From positions 400 through 64,399 of the IMG/VR virus record IMGVR_UViG_3300007551_000004: a DNA stretch of 64,000 bases, one strand, 5' to 3'. A model generated the notes under the pieces. That model did no database searches. It saw only the letters and a list, made by a program, of their open reading frames with translations, and was not told the DNA's origin. The position numbers and the translations under genes are program-made. Position 1 is the stretch's first letter; each line of letters starts with the position of its first letter. The stretch comes from a virus (taxonomy: Duplodnaviria > Caudoviricetes). This document shows, in pieces, positions 18,531 to 27,406 of the stretch.

Positions 18531-18698
18531 TTATTTTTTGTTTTTTTCGATGATTGACCAAACAGCACCAATCAATGTTATTGTTGAACCGATAATCTCT
18601 TGTGAAAGAGCTTCTGTTGCTAATCCTCTAGCAACCAATAAACCACCCGCAAAAGTTAATGCGTGTCTAAGAATCCCTAATACTTGTTCTTTTTTCAT
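18531..18698 (-). CDS. Small two-TM membrane protein, putative holin (not in ORF track)
   Basis: MKKEQVLGILRHALTFAGGLLVARGLATEALSQEIIGSTITLIGAVWSIIEKNKK, 55 aa. Two hydrophobic helices and a basic tail. Fills the gap between neighbours exactly. Confidence 0.65.
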   Translation of the reverse strand: MKKEQVLGILRHALTFAGGLLVARGLATEALSQEIIGSTITLIGAVWSIIEKNKK

Positions 18699-18702
18699 AA
18701 TC

Positions 18703-19293
18703 TTATTTTTTATTTGTTTTATTCTCTTTTAAAACGGTTAATTTACCACCAAAAACTTTATCACCTATCTTTATTTGGATTGTTTCATCAATAGATGTTT
18801 TTTGGTTCATTTGATTTATGGTTTCTTCAACAGTCTTTTTTATTATATACTCAATTAATTGAGTGTCCATAGTCAACCCAGGGCTTTGTTTGGTCTCCAT
18901 AGTCCTAGGGGCTTCATATTCTTCTACAACCTTAGCTCTAGGATGCGCTTTAGCTACTTGTTCAACAACACTATCTAAACCAATTGGCATTGTTGGGTCA
19001 GCTATAGGGTTTTCCATAAAAGATTGTAAAATTTCTTTCGGCATTTTAGATGTGTGTATGTTCTTCATAGTATTTTTAGGTATTTCAGAACCCACAGACC
19101 TAACCCTAGTTTTCATTTGATCCTCTGACAGGTATTCTGGTTCACGATCTTCATGATCATCAGAATAGACTTCTCTATTTATTTGTGGTTGTGAGGCACC
19201 TCTATAGCTGGTGTTACTTTCAACCTTTTGCATTACCGTTCTAGCTTTGGCTATACCTTGAGCCAATATCGCTGCTTTTTCGTTACTATCCAT
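18703..19293 (-). CDS. Hypothetical protein
   Basis: 196-aa ORF coupled to its neighbours. Confidence 0.7.
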   Translation of the reverse strand: MDSNEKAAILAQGIAKARTVMQKVESNTSYRGASQPQINREVYSDDHEDREPEYLSEDQMKTRVRSVGSEIPKNTMKNIHTSKMPKEILQSFMENPIADPTMPIGLDSVVEQVAKAHPRAKVVEEYEAPRTMETKQSPGLTMDTQLIEYIIKKTVEETINQMNQKTSIDETIQIKIGDKVFGGKLTVLKENKTNKK

Positions 19294-19849
19294 TTAGTTT
19301 ATATATCCATTTTAAAAATCCAGAACTGTGATTCTCGTCAATGTTTATGTTTTTCTCAGATTCAGCATCTTCTGGTTTATTATTTACTGGTTCTTTATAG
19401 TTAATGTCTCTAAAATTAGGGTCTTTTGGTCCTGGTTCTTTAGATATGTCGGTATAATTAATAGCTTTGTCATTTGCCATTTTTTTATCACTACCATCGG
19501 TTTTATACCCGCTGGGTGGTGTAAATGTACCGATCTCTCTACCAGTTTTATCATAAATGATTTCAACAGATCCGTCTTTTATTTCATCAACTAAGAATGT
19601 TTTGTAGCGACCATTTTTAGTATTTGTGGCACCTACTGTTTGGTATGCTCTTAACATCCACTTACCAGTAGCTTTACTCTTACCAAGAGCAACTGGTTGA
19701 GCGAATCTCCAGTTTTGCCTCGTATACTTTTTTTCTTTCGGGTCGCTGACTTTTACACCACGATACCAGAATGAGATCTCGTATTTATTCTCGATCGCAT
19801 ACCTTAATATCGATAGTTTATCATCCCCAGCATTTTCAATTATAAACAT
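19286..19849 (-). CDS. Stand-alone WYL-domain protein
   Basis: AIENKYEISFWY...RFAQPVALG...GKWMLRAYQ...YKTFLVDEI matches the WYL consensus AI..r..i.f.Y..R.veP..l....w.L.a....r.Fr.drI. No HTH seen. Confidence 0.7.
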   Translation of the reverse strand: MFIIENAGDDKLSILRYAIENKYEISFWYRGVKVSDPKEKKYTRQNWRFAQPVALGKSKATGKWMLRAYQTVGATNTKNGRYKTFLVDEIKDGSVEIIYDKTGREIGTFTPPSGYKTDGSDKKMANDKAINYTDISKEPGPKDPNFRDINYKEPVNNKPEDAESEKNINIDENHSSGFLKWIYKLNG

Positions 19850-19861
19850 AATTATAAAAAA

Positions 19862-20128
19862 TTAAACAACAGATGGATCTGGATATGTATTTGAGTCTTT
19901 AAAATTATTGATTGCAACTAATTTAGTTCTTTCAGCGATGTCAGTACTACTACCAATTTTATCTTTACCCTTTTCATCACCATCACTTATAGCGTTTGGG
20001 TTTGTGGCGCTATATTCAAATGAGTTTGGTTTGTACTCATTAATTGGGATTAATTTACCGTCTCTTTCTTGATTAGCCACCTGTCTAAGTTGCTCAGATG
20101 CAGGTACCTTTAAAATGTTATCAGCCAT
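19862..20128 (-). CDS. Hypothetical protein
   Basis: 88-aa ORF in operon context, with an internal near-repeat (INEYKPNSFEY / INNFKDSNTY). Confidence 0.65.
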   Translation of the reverse strand: MADNILKVPASEQLRQVANQERDGKLIPINEYKPNSFEYSATNPNAISDGDEKGKDKIGSSTDIAERTKLVAINNFKDSNTYPDPSVV

Positions 20129-20132
20129 TTTT

Positions 20133-20630
20133 TTAAATTTTATTTATTATGTTTTTTATTTTATTAATAGATTCCATTAAGGCGGAATTAGTCATGATAT
20201 CTGGTGTATCCATTATTCTATCACCCACACTAGTATCAAAATCACCCCCTTCAGAGTCTTTTCTGAATTGGTTGTCCATGCCAGCGTTTGTTCTAGCAAC
20301 TTTATTTCCTTCAACACGGTCTCTTTCTGATTTTATCAAATTCTGGACCCAATTATTCATCATGTCACCACCATTTAATTCATACTCAACCTGATTTAAA
20401 TTATCTGGGTCAACATTATCAAAATAATTTTTAATCCTAACTAGATTAACAAAAGGTTGGCTTGGGTTTTTACAGATAAAATTAGCTCTTTTATACCCTT
20501 TTGCTGTTGTATTATCTTTATGTTTATCTAAAGATATTTTTAGGAATTCCAATATCTCTTCTGGAACATCATACCTGTTACCAAGAAGCTTTGAATTTTC
20601 TTCATATAGTTTATTTACCCAGCTATACAT
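20133..20630 (-). CDS. Hypothetical phage protein
   Basis: 165-aa ORF containing RIKNYFD...YELNGGDMMNNWV. Confidence 0.65.
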   Translation of the reverse strand: MYSWVNKLYEENSKLLGNRYDVPEEILEFLKISLDKHKDNTTAKGYKRANFICKNPSQPFVNLVRIKNYFDNVDPDNLNQVEYELNGGDMMNNWVQNLIKSERDRVEGNKVARTNAGMDNQFRKDSEGGDFDTSVGDRIMDTPDIMTNSALMESINKIKNIINKI

Positions 20631-21190
20631 TACTTTAATGATTTTTCAAAATAAGATAATAGTATCTTTTTTTCAGCCTCGCTCATATTATTATTGAAGA
20701 ATTCAATTATCTGATCAAATTTACCTAAAATTAAGTTTTCTTTTTTTCTAATTTCATCGATAGTTGGCTCCTCTTTTAACATTATTTCTGATTTCTCAGC
20801 TTTTTTAGCTAATAAAGTTTCTAGCATTTTAAATGCTTTTTCTTTGGAGATTTCTTTAAGCTTATCTTTTGGGTTTGCTGGTTTTACATCCTTTTTAGGT
20901 TTCACCTCAAGAAAATAATCCTCGAAGGTATCCTCCATACCCTTTTCGTATAGGAATTGATAAAACTTACCAGGATTATCTTTACACCCATCAGCCTCAT
21001 TATTAAAGGGTAATGTCGCCTCACCATAGTATCTTCTATAGTTTTGAAAAACGAATGGTTGTCTAGTTTTTAAAATACTAGCGTCAGTTGTATCATGTGA
21101 TGTTGCGGTATAATCAATATATTTTTTATCACCTTTGATTATATCACCATCTGCGTCAATGAATTCTTTAATGTCTTTATTACCTTCCAT
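20630..21190 (-). CDS. Hypothetical protein
   Basis: 186-aa ORF, first gene after a TATTTAT motif. Confidence 0.7.
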   Translation of the reverse strand: MEGNKDIKEFIDADGDIIKGDKKYIDYTATSHDTTDASILKTRQPFVFQNYRRYYGEATLPFNNEADGCKDNPGKFYQFLYEKGMEDTFEDYFLEVKPKKDVKPANPKDKLKEISKEKAFKMLETLLAKKAEKSEIMLKEEPTIDEIRKKENLILGKFDQIIEFFNNNMSEAEKKILLSYFEKSLK

Positions 21191-21203
21191 AAGATATTTT
21201 CTT

Positions 21204-21210
21204 ATAAATA
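21204..21210 (-). promoter_or_regulatory. TATTTAT putative late-promoter motif
   Basis: ATAAATA on + strand, 13 nt upstream of ATG 21190. Confidence 0.55.
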
Positions 21211-21234
21211 TCTTAAACTTAGGTAATATTTCAA

Positions 21235-24200
21235 TTAAACTTGAATTTCTTCACCAAACCCAGGTATTCTGAATATGATATCTTTATCAAACCAAAAATC
21301 GGCTTTATATTCTTTCTTTTCCCAGAACTCCATCTCCATATCCGATGGGGTAAAAAAGTCTTGTAGTGTATCTTGATCTTCAATATCGTCTGGTTGGTCA
21401 TTAACAAGCTCAAGTTCAGATTTTAAGAATGCTCTTTTTTGTTCTGGTTTGGTGATTAAAATTAAATCCCTAATTTCTTTATCAAAGGCAACCATTAATG
21501 GTTTTAATCTACTGTTAAACGCATCCAAATATTTAGGTACGTTATATTCACCAATAAAATCTGGTTGATTTTCTATAATGTCATTGGGTACTAATGTTGC
21601 GTACATATTACCGTGTTTATCTTCCTGGGCATCACCATGTGATTTTGTTTTACCGTTGTTAACGTAATAAATTGTATCACCTAAGTTAACTTGTAAATTA
21701 TGTTTTATGGCTAATTCCATATGCGCTTGTTTAGCTAATTGTCTACCGTTTTTATCGGTACCACGATTAGCATAACCACTAACACTTTTCTTAACCCTAG
21801 CTTTGGTCGCAATCTTAGCGAGAGGTATTTCTCTATTGTATATTTTATCGAAATATTGGTAGTAATATTGGACAAACTCGTACCCTTGTCCCGTTAATAA
21901 CATTTTAATTCCTTTATCCAAAAACTCTTCAATATAAACAGGTAGTTTTTTTGATTTAATACTATTACCAGTTAATGAAATACTACCATCATCTTCTAAT
22001 AAGGCATAGTTTTTTCTTGATAGGTTTATCGTTGCTGGCCATTGACCATCTAACCCTAGACCCATTTCACCACGCATATACGTGTCGTTAAATTCAGCGA
22101 CAACAGCTTTAACACCACGGTATTCTTTACCTTCTTCGACTTCATCGTTATAGCCCTTACCAACATATGTAAAGTGATCTTCACCACCTTCTGGTGCCAT
22201 AAAGTTAACACCGTCCGTGTCAAGTACCGTTGGTGTGTAGCCCTTATCAATAAAGAATCTAACCATAAGTCTTAAATACTGTCTAGCTGTACACGTAATC
22301 TGCTCACTAGTATCAATTTCAGCCCATTGGAAAGCCTGTGGGGCACCAAGAGCACCGAACATTGAGTTGATGAATATCTTTAACGGTAACTGCTTTCTTT
22401 TATATTTGTCAGCTAGTTGGTAATTACCTTCTTTTTTATACTTATCCGATAGTTTTTTCGCTCTAAATCTTTCAGTGTGAAAGTATTTAAGCATCGACTT
22501 CATCGCACCATTAATATCAACCTCAGGGAAAACATCATGAGCCAACTGAATAGCTGGATAAAGTGAGTTGTAGTCCATTTTTCTTAATTCCCTAGAAAAA
22601 CCAACTTTAAACAATCTAGATAGTCCACCCGTATATTCTCTTTTAGTATCAGATAACGGAATAGCTAAATTATTTTCAAAAGAATATGTTAACATTAATA
22701 ACTTCCACAAACCAGCAGTACCCATAGTCGATACTCTTTGATATGTTGTTGGTATTAATTTGGCCAACATGAAGGATGTTTGGTTGTAAACCGCATCCAC
22801 TTCCATTGTTTCCCATAAGTCATCAATTAAATACCTCTCAACGATGTATTTACCATCAACTTCTTGTATCGTGTTAACATAATCACGTAAAGCTTTATAT
22901 GTTAACATTAAGAATTCGTGTGTTTTTGGTGCCTTTTCTGATAATTTAGATTCCCCGTTACCAGGCACCTCTACTGGAAATACAACCGTCTTACCCTCTT
23001 TTAGTTTTTGTATTATCTCCCTAATACAAGCATTTATCTTAACCTTATTACCTTCTAAATCATTGTCATTAAAAAATGAATCGACTTCATTATATTGGTT
23101 TTTCTTTGTTATAATTGCAATGGTATTTGGTTCACCACGCAATTCTTTACTTTGTTGACCAAAACCCTCAAGTGTTTCATTCTCATCATAAACAAAGAAT
23201 TTATCTGGGTTTTGCTGGACGACATCACGTGTTATGTTGTCCATAAATTCTATCGTGGGTTTAGTGAATGTGTATTTACCGTCACGATCGTCAAAATAAA
23301 ATTTATCTTCACTGTACCAATATTTACCAATTTTATCACCAACAATATAAACACGATTCTTTTTTGCAATTTTGTTGTACTGGCAAACATATTTCAAACC
23401 AACTGATTTCATACTGGAATCAATTGCTTGTGCACGTCTAGCTGAGTGTATTATATCGATGATACTATAACCAAACATGTTTACCTGTGTATAATCCTCA
23501 ACCTCATTACCCAATTTTAGCATGGATGGTTTGGTGTTAATTAATTCACCTGGTTTTAATGTGATGGCTATATCTTGGATGTTAATACCTAATTTTTTAC
23601 ACCTAACAAAAAAGAAATCCCAGTCAAAGTTAGCGCTATTATATCCAGCAATAATTGTGGGCTTAATTTGGTTTATTACCTCGAAGAATTTTGTAATGGC
23701 TTCTCTTTCAGAATCATCGTTATCCTCAATCGGAATAATTTGTTTATCACCTTTATTCGTGTATATACCAATCAAAAATATCCTATTTATTTCAGGATCA
23801 AGACCTGTTGTTTCTAAGTCGAATACAAATTTATGGATGTCATCATATTCCTCAAAGCCCTTAAATAATCTTTTACCCGTGTGGATAAAATATTGTTCAA
23901 CTGGGTTTAATATCAAAAAATGGGATTTGATGTCGTGTCTAGTATCATAAATATAGATGCCACCTTCCCTAAAGAAATCCATCATTCTTTTATGTCCTTG
24001 ACTACAAGTGACTAGATATTTATATCCATTAACTAACTTGGGGTGATCGCCTGTCTCTAATGAGATAATATCTATACCAAATTTTTGTCTTGCTGACCTT
24101 ATTCTCGAATCACTATTACCGTAAAAGTTTACGAGTTCCTTAATCTTATTAAGGTTTTTGATCCACATGAAAGCCATTAAAGGTTCTGTTTCAATATAGT

Positions 24201-24339
24201 TACCTTTGTCTGGGTCTTGCTTGATTTTATGTATCAGGTTTGTTTCAGAATCATATTCCACATTCACGATATACTTCTCGTCATCGTGACCGATAAGAAA
24301 CTTTTCGATATCCTCAAGTGGGATTTTATATTCTGCCAT
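21235..24339 (-). CDS. Family-B DNA polymerase with 3'-5' exonuclease and an inserted domain
   Basis: ExoI FDLETTG, ExoII GYNSANFD, ExoIII RYLIDD; pol motifs DYNSLYPA, KIFINSMFG, LDTDG. Confidence 0.96.
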   Translation of the reverse strand: MAEYKIPLEDIEKFLIGHDDEKYIVNVEYDSETNLIHKIKQDPDKGNYIETEPLMAFMWIKNLNKIKELVNFYGNSDSRIRSARQKFGIDIISLETGDHPKLVNGYKYLVTCSQGHKRMMDFFREGGIYIYDTRHDIKSHFLILNPVEQYFIHTGKRLFKGFEEYDDIHKFVFDLETTGLDPEINRIFLIGIYTNKGDKQIIPIEDNDDSEREAITKFFEVINQIKPTIIAGYNSANFDWDFFFVRCKKLGINIQDIAITLKPGELINTKPSMLKLGNEVEDYTQVNMFGYSIIDIIHSARRAQAIDSSMKSVGLKYVCQYNKIAKKNRVYIVGDKIGKYWYSEDKFYFDDRDGKYTFTKPTIEFMDNITRDVVQQNPDKFFVYDENETLEGFGQQSKELRGEPNTIAIITKKNQYNEVDSFFNDNDLEGNKVKINACIREIIQKLKEGKTVVFPVEVPGNGESKLSEKAPKTHEFLMLTYKALRDYVNTIQEVDGKYIVERYLIDDLWETMEVDAVYNQTSFMLAKLIPTTYQRVSTMGTAGLWKLLMLTYSFENNLAIPLSDTKREYTGGLSRLFKVGFSRELRKMDYNSLYPAIQLAHDVFPEVDINGAMKSMLKYFHTERFRAKKLSDKYKKEGNYQLADKYKRKQLPLKIFINSMFGALGAPQAFQWAEIDTSEQITCTARQYLRLMVRFFIDKGYTPTVLDTDGVNFMAPEGGEDHFTYVGKGYNDEVEEGKEYRGVKAVVAEFNDTYMRGEMGLGLDGQWPATINLSRKNYALLEDDGSISLTGNSIKSKKLPVYIEEFLDKGIKMLLTGQGYEFVQYYYQYFDKIYNREIPLAKIATKARVKKSVSGYANRGTDKNGRQLAKQAHMELAIKHNLQVNLGDTIYYVNNGKTKSHGDAQEDKHGNMYATLVPNDIIENQPDFIGEYNVPKYLDAFNSRLKPLMVAFDKEIRDLILITKPEQKRAFLKSELELVNDQPDDIEDQDTLQDFFTPSDMEMEFWEKKEYKADFWFDKDIIFRIPGFGEEIQV

Positions 24340-24355
24340 AACCTATATTTTGGCA

Positions 24356-24386
24356 CAAATATAATAATTAAATTGACTCCTACAAA
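24356..24386 (-). promoter_or_regulatory. Bacteroidota-type sigmaA promoter (-33 TTTG / -7 TAnnTTTG)
   Basis: Minus strand TTTG-N19-TATATTTG, 16 nt upstream of the polymerase ATG. Confidence 0.65.
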
Positions 24387-24406
24387 ATTTTTTACTAAAA
24401 CTTTTT

Positions 24407-24808
24407 TTAAACTATGTCGGTTTTTACGAAAGAATCCAAAATATGGATATACAATTGTTCGTGTATTGGTGCGATTAGTTCACCGTAAACATTTGATGGT
24501 GATGCCAAATCAAAAAGAGTTAATTTAAACTCACCCAAAAATACACCTGGTTTGTCTGTATCATCTTTTGTGAACTGGTAAGTTATGATGTAGTGTTTTC
24601 TACCGTCTTCGTCACAAGGGTTTTCCAAGACTATATTTGCCGTTTTGTTAGCAACTTTGTAAATACCCGTTTTTTCGTCTTTCATCGCAAAAGTTGCAAC
24701 GCAATTTTCGATTAATTCCTCAAATCTTCTAAAATCGTTTCTCCCATCCCTAAAAACTTTCATTTTTAAGATCGGTAACGTTGAGTTTTGTCTAATACTG
24801 AATATCAT
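24407..24808 (-). CDS. BppU N-terminal-like (baseplate upper) domain protein
   Basis: FSIRQNSTLPIL...YQFTKDDTDKPGVFLGEFKL resembles the BppU_N pattern (ikqgDt.p.l...Y.w...DT...G.y..EF). Confidence 0.55.
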   Translation of the reverse strand: MIFSIRQNSTLPILKMKVFRDGRNDFRRFEELIENCVATFAMKDEKTGIYKVANKTANIVLENPCDEDGRKHYIITYQFTKDDTDKPGVFLGEFKLTLFDLASPSNVYGELIAPIHEQLYIHILDSFVKTDIV

Positions 24809-26283
24809 TAGAATAAGTTTTTTATAAATATCTTTCTACCACCCTTTATTACGTTTAAACCATAATAATCAGCGATATTATTAACCATTTTTTTAATTTC
24901 AAAAGCGTACAAAGGTAAACAATACATTTGAAAAACCTTTACACCACCAGTAAATGTCCCAGCAAAAAATTTCTCAAGAACAGTATCTATTTTTTTATTT
25001 GTGTCCAAGTATAAAGCGTCTAAAAGGTTTTGTGTACCACCCCCAAAAGAGAAGTTAAATGGTACGCCCTCTTGTAAGTTATCCTCAACGGTTAATTCGT
25101 GCGGTATAACCTCGATAAAGTCATATTTCTTTAGAACACTAAAACCGTTTATGTAAATTGAGAAGGTACCCTTTTTATAATCACCATATTTTAAAGCACA
25201 CTTACTATCGTATGCAAAATCCCTTTCAAAAACAGAGCTTATATGTAAAAATTTGTTTTCGGTTACGTCTATAACGGGTTTTTTTGTATATGTCTCTTCT
25301 ATAGTGAAATATTTTGTTACGATTAACCACGTATCGTAGTTATCACAGTCACTAGTTGGTTCTTTAATAAAAGAGCTTGTTGTTATACCAGAAACTTCTT
25401 GTGTTGCTCCAGTATAACAAACATCAGTTGGGTAGATCATTCTATATCCTATCCTACCGTCATTTGTAACTCTTATACCAAACGCATTGTAATATAAGTC
25501 AACATACTCTTGGTGATATTGTAATTTTTGTGATTCGGCTGTAAATCTTCTACCAGTGTACATAATACCATTGTAATAGTTGAAGTACCCTATATATTTT
25601 GATGTGCCGTTCAAACTGATTAAACCATTATAAGTGTATAAATTTTGTAATTCCTTTGGTATTATATTATAATCGTTTTCAAATTTTTGTACTTCTACTT
25701 CGGTTTGATTGGCGTATTTACTTTCAGCCCTAGTACCCATATAGAAAATAAAACCACTATTATCTGGATATGCTTGGTTTAGTGTTGTCCCTGTTGTTGT
25801 TCCTGTTGTTGAACCAGTCATCGGGAAATGGACTATAGAATTAAATGACCAACCTTTTCTTGCTCGAGTTGGGAACCACTCAACATTTTTATTATGTATT
25901 TTATAAAAGCCCTGGTAAAACCCACCATCTAATTTATTATAATACACACCATTGTCAACCTTTAACTTATCTATGTTGTATGTGAAGTTACCAGTATAAC
26001 CAGAAACCTCATGAAAACAAAACGTATCACCAGATTCAACAAGATAAGCAATGTCAGGGTCTATTGTACCGTTACCGTTGTTAATAAAGAAATTGTCGTA
26101 CCCGTTTAACCCAATATTTTCCAATGGGACGTTTTCAGATTGAGTTATTTGTGAACCACAAAGGCTAACAGTCACATCGATATCAATTAATTTACATTCA
26201 TTGACGTCTCTATAGAAATCACGGCAGTCTTTTGTGATAACTATATCAAAATATTCACTCTTGTCTAACTCAGTATAAAACAT
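24808..26283 (-). CDS. Probable virion structural protein
   Basis: 491 aa, Tyr/Gly/Thr-rich and beta-rich-looking, coupled to the neck gene; contains TGSTTGTTTGTT. Confidence 0.65.
   Translation of the reverse strand: MFYTELDKSEYFDIVITKDCRDFYRDVNECKLIDIDVTVSLCGSQITQSENVPLENIGLNGYDNFFINNGNGTIDPDIAYLVESGDTFCFHEVSGYTGNFTYNIDKLKVDNGVYYNKLDGGFYQGFYKIHNKNVEWFPTRARKGWSFNSIVHFPMTGSTTGTTTGTTLNQAYPDNSGFIFYMGTRAESKYANQTEVEVQKFENDYNIIPKELQNLYTYNGLISLNGTSKYIGYFNYYNGIMYTGRRFTAESQKLQYHQEYVDLYYNAFGIRVTNDGRIGYRMIYPTDVCYTGATQEVSGITTSSFIKEPTSDCDNYDTWLIVTKYFTIEETYTKKPVIDVTENKFLHISSVFERDFAYDSKCALKYGDYKKGTFSIYINGFSVLKKYDFIEVIPHELTVEDNLQEGVPFNFSFGGGTQNLLDALYLDTNKKIDTVLEKFFAGTFTGGVKVFQMYCLPLYAFEIKKMVNNIADYYGLNVIKGGRKIFIKNLF
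24824..24830 (-). promoter_or_regulatory. TATTTAT putative late-promoter motif (inside the 3' end of the upstream gene)
   Basis: ATAAATA on + strand, 15 nt upstream of ATG 24808. Confidence 0.4.
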
Positions 26284-27374
26284 TATATTATCTTAATTGG
26301 TTTTTGGAATGCTCTGTACTTTAACGCTTTATTAATTTCTTCAGCTTCCATTGACATTCTTTTTAATATTTCTAAAGGATTTAATTTAAACATCCTATCC
26401 TCTAGCTCTTTCTTAAGTGTTATCATCTCATCTTTACCTTCAGATAGTAATGATTGATATTCTATCTCCATATTAGCATCTGGCACTGGTATTTTACCAC
26501 CAAAAGTACCTCTAACACGACCAAGTGTTTCTTTACATAATGCGATGAAATATCTCCTAACCCAAGTTTTAGAAGGGTCATTAAGATCGTCATAATTAAT
26601 ATTATCCAACGGAACATCCATTGGTGATTTAATTACATCTTTATTTAATTCAAAACATTCATCTTTTTGTTCTGGGTTTATATCGTAATACCAATACCAA
26701 ACCTTTGCTTGGTTCATTGTTGCGCCTCTAAAATCATATTTACCACCTGGGGTGTTCATTAAATGAAGAAACTTCTTACCATCAGGTGCATTTGTTATTT
26801 TATAAACCAATTCAGATCTAATTATTCTATTTTTTAAGTTTCTATCTGTTGATCGCATTAAAATATCAAAGGCTGGTAAAATATAATAACTACCTAGGCC
26901 CATATATTCTGCACCAAATTGGTTATTCCACACGCCTAAAAATGGGTCAATTACCGATTGATCTAATGAAGCTGGTGTAAACCATAAAACTTCATTAATT
27001 TCCCTATTGGCTGGTATTTCGTAAAGTTGTTGCCCCTTAACTAGTTCAATATAATCTTTCTTTAAGACATACCCACCTTCTCCAGCACCAAGACCGACAA
27101 TCTTAGAGTAAGAGTATGTGTATTGGGTCACCAAGTCAAATGTCCTATATAATAGGGCTCTGGTTAAATCGGCTGAGGAGATATTTAAACCTATTAAGCT
27201 AGGCCACTGGTGTTCAATTAACCAATTATGTATGAATTCGGTGTAGTCTTCAAGCGCTATCTCTAATAGCGAATCCATTTGTTCCTCTTCTAATTGTATT
27301 TTTCGAATTGGTGCACCAAGCCTATGTTTGGCTTGTTTGTAAATTTTTTCCTTTTCAACTGGATTTATCTTCAT
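26283..27374 (-). CDS. Neck protein, T4 gp13-like
   Basis: KHRLGAPIRKIQLEEEQMDSLLEIALEDY at the N-terminus; WVRRYFIALCKETLG.VRG.F...P...L.SEG..E...L at the C-terminus. Confidence 0.8.
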   Translation of the reverse strand: MKINPVEKEKIYKQAKHRLGAPIRKIQLEEEQMDSLLEIALEDYTEFIHNWLIEHQWPSLIGLNISSADLTRALLYRTFDLVTQYTYSYSKIVGLGAGEGGYVLKKDYIELVKGQQLYEIPANREINEVLWFTPASLDQSVIDPFLGVWNNQFGAEYMGLGSYYILPAFDILMRSTDRNLKNRIIRSELVYKITNAPDGKKFLHLMNTPGGKYDFRGATMNQAKVWYWYYDINPEQKDECFELNKDVIKSPMDVPLDNINYDDLNDPSKTWVRRYFIALCKETLGRVRGTFGGKIPVPDANMEIEYQSLLSEGKDEMITLKKELEDRMFKLNPLEILKRMSMEAEEINKALKYRAFQKPIKII

Positions 27375-27382
27375 TGTCCTAA

Positions 27383-27397
27383 TATTTATTATAAATA
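27383..27397. promoter_or_regulatory. Back-to-back divergent TATTTAT motifs
   Basis: TATTTAT-T-ATAAATA in a 32-bp intergenic gap, 17 nt from ATG 27407 (+) and 16 nt from ATG 27374 (-). Confidence 0.6.
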
Positions 27398-27406
27398 GTT
27401 AGAAAG

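Noticed and set aside
22845-23284. Intein or self-splicing intron in the polymerase
   Set aside because: No Cys/Ser start or His-Asn end, no homing-endonuclease motif, and the segment reads as ordinary AT-rich coding sequence
24217-24528. 103-aa plus-strand ORF bridging the polymerase start and the BppU-like gene
   Set aside because: Overlaps two opposite-strand genes and the polymerase promoter; no motif
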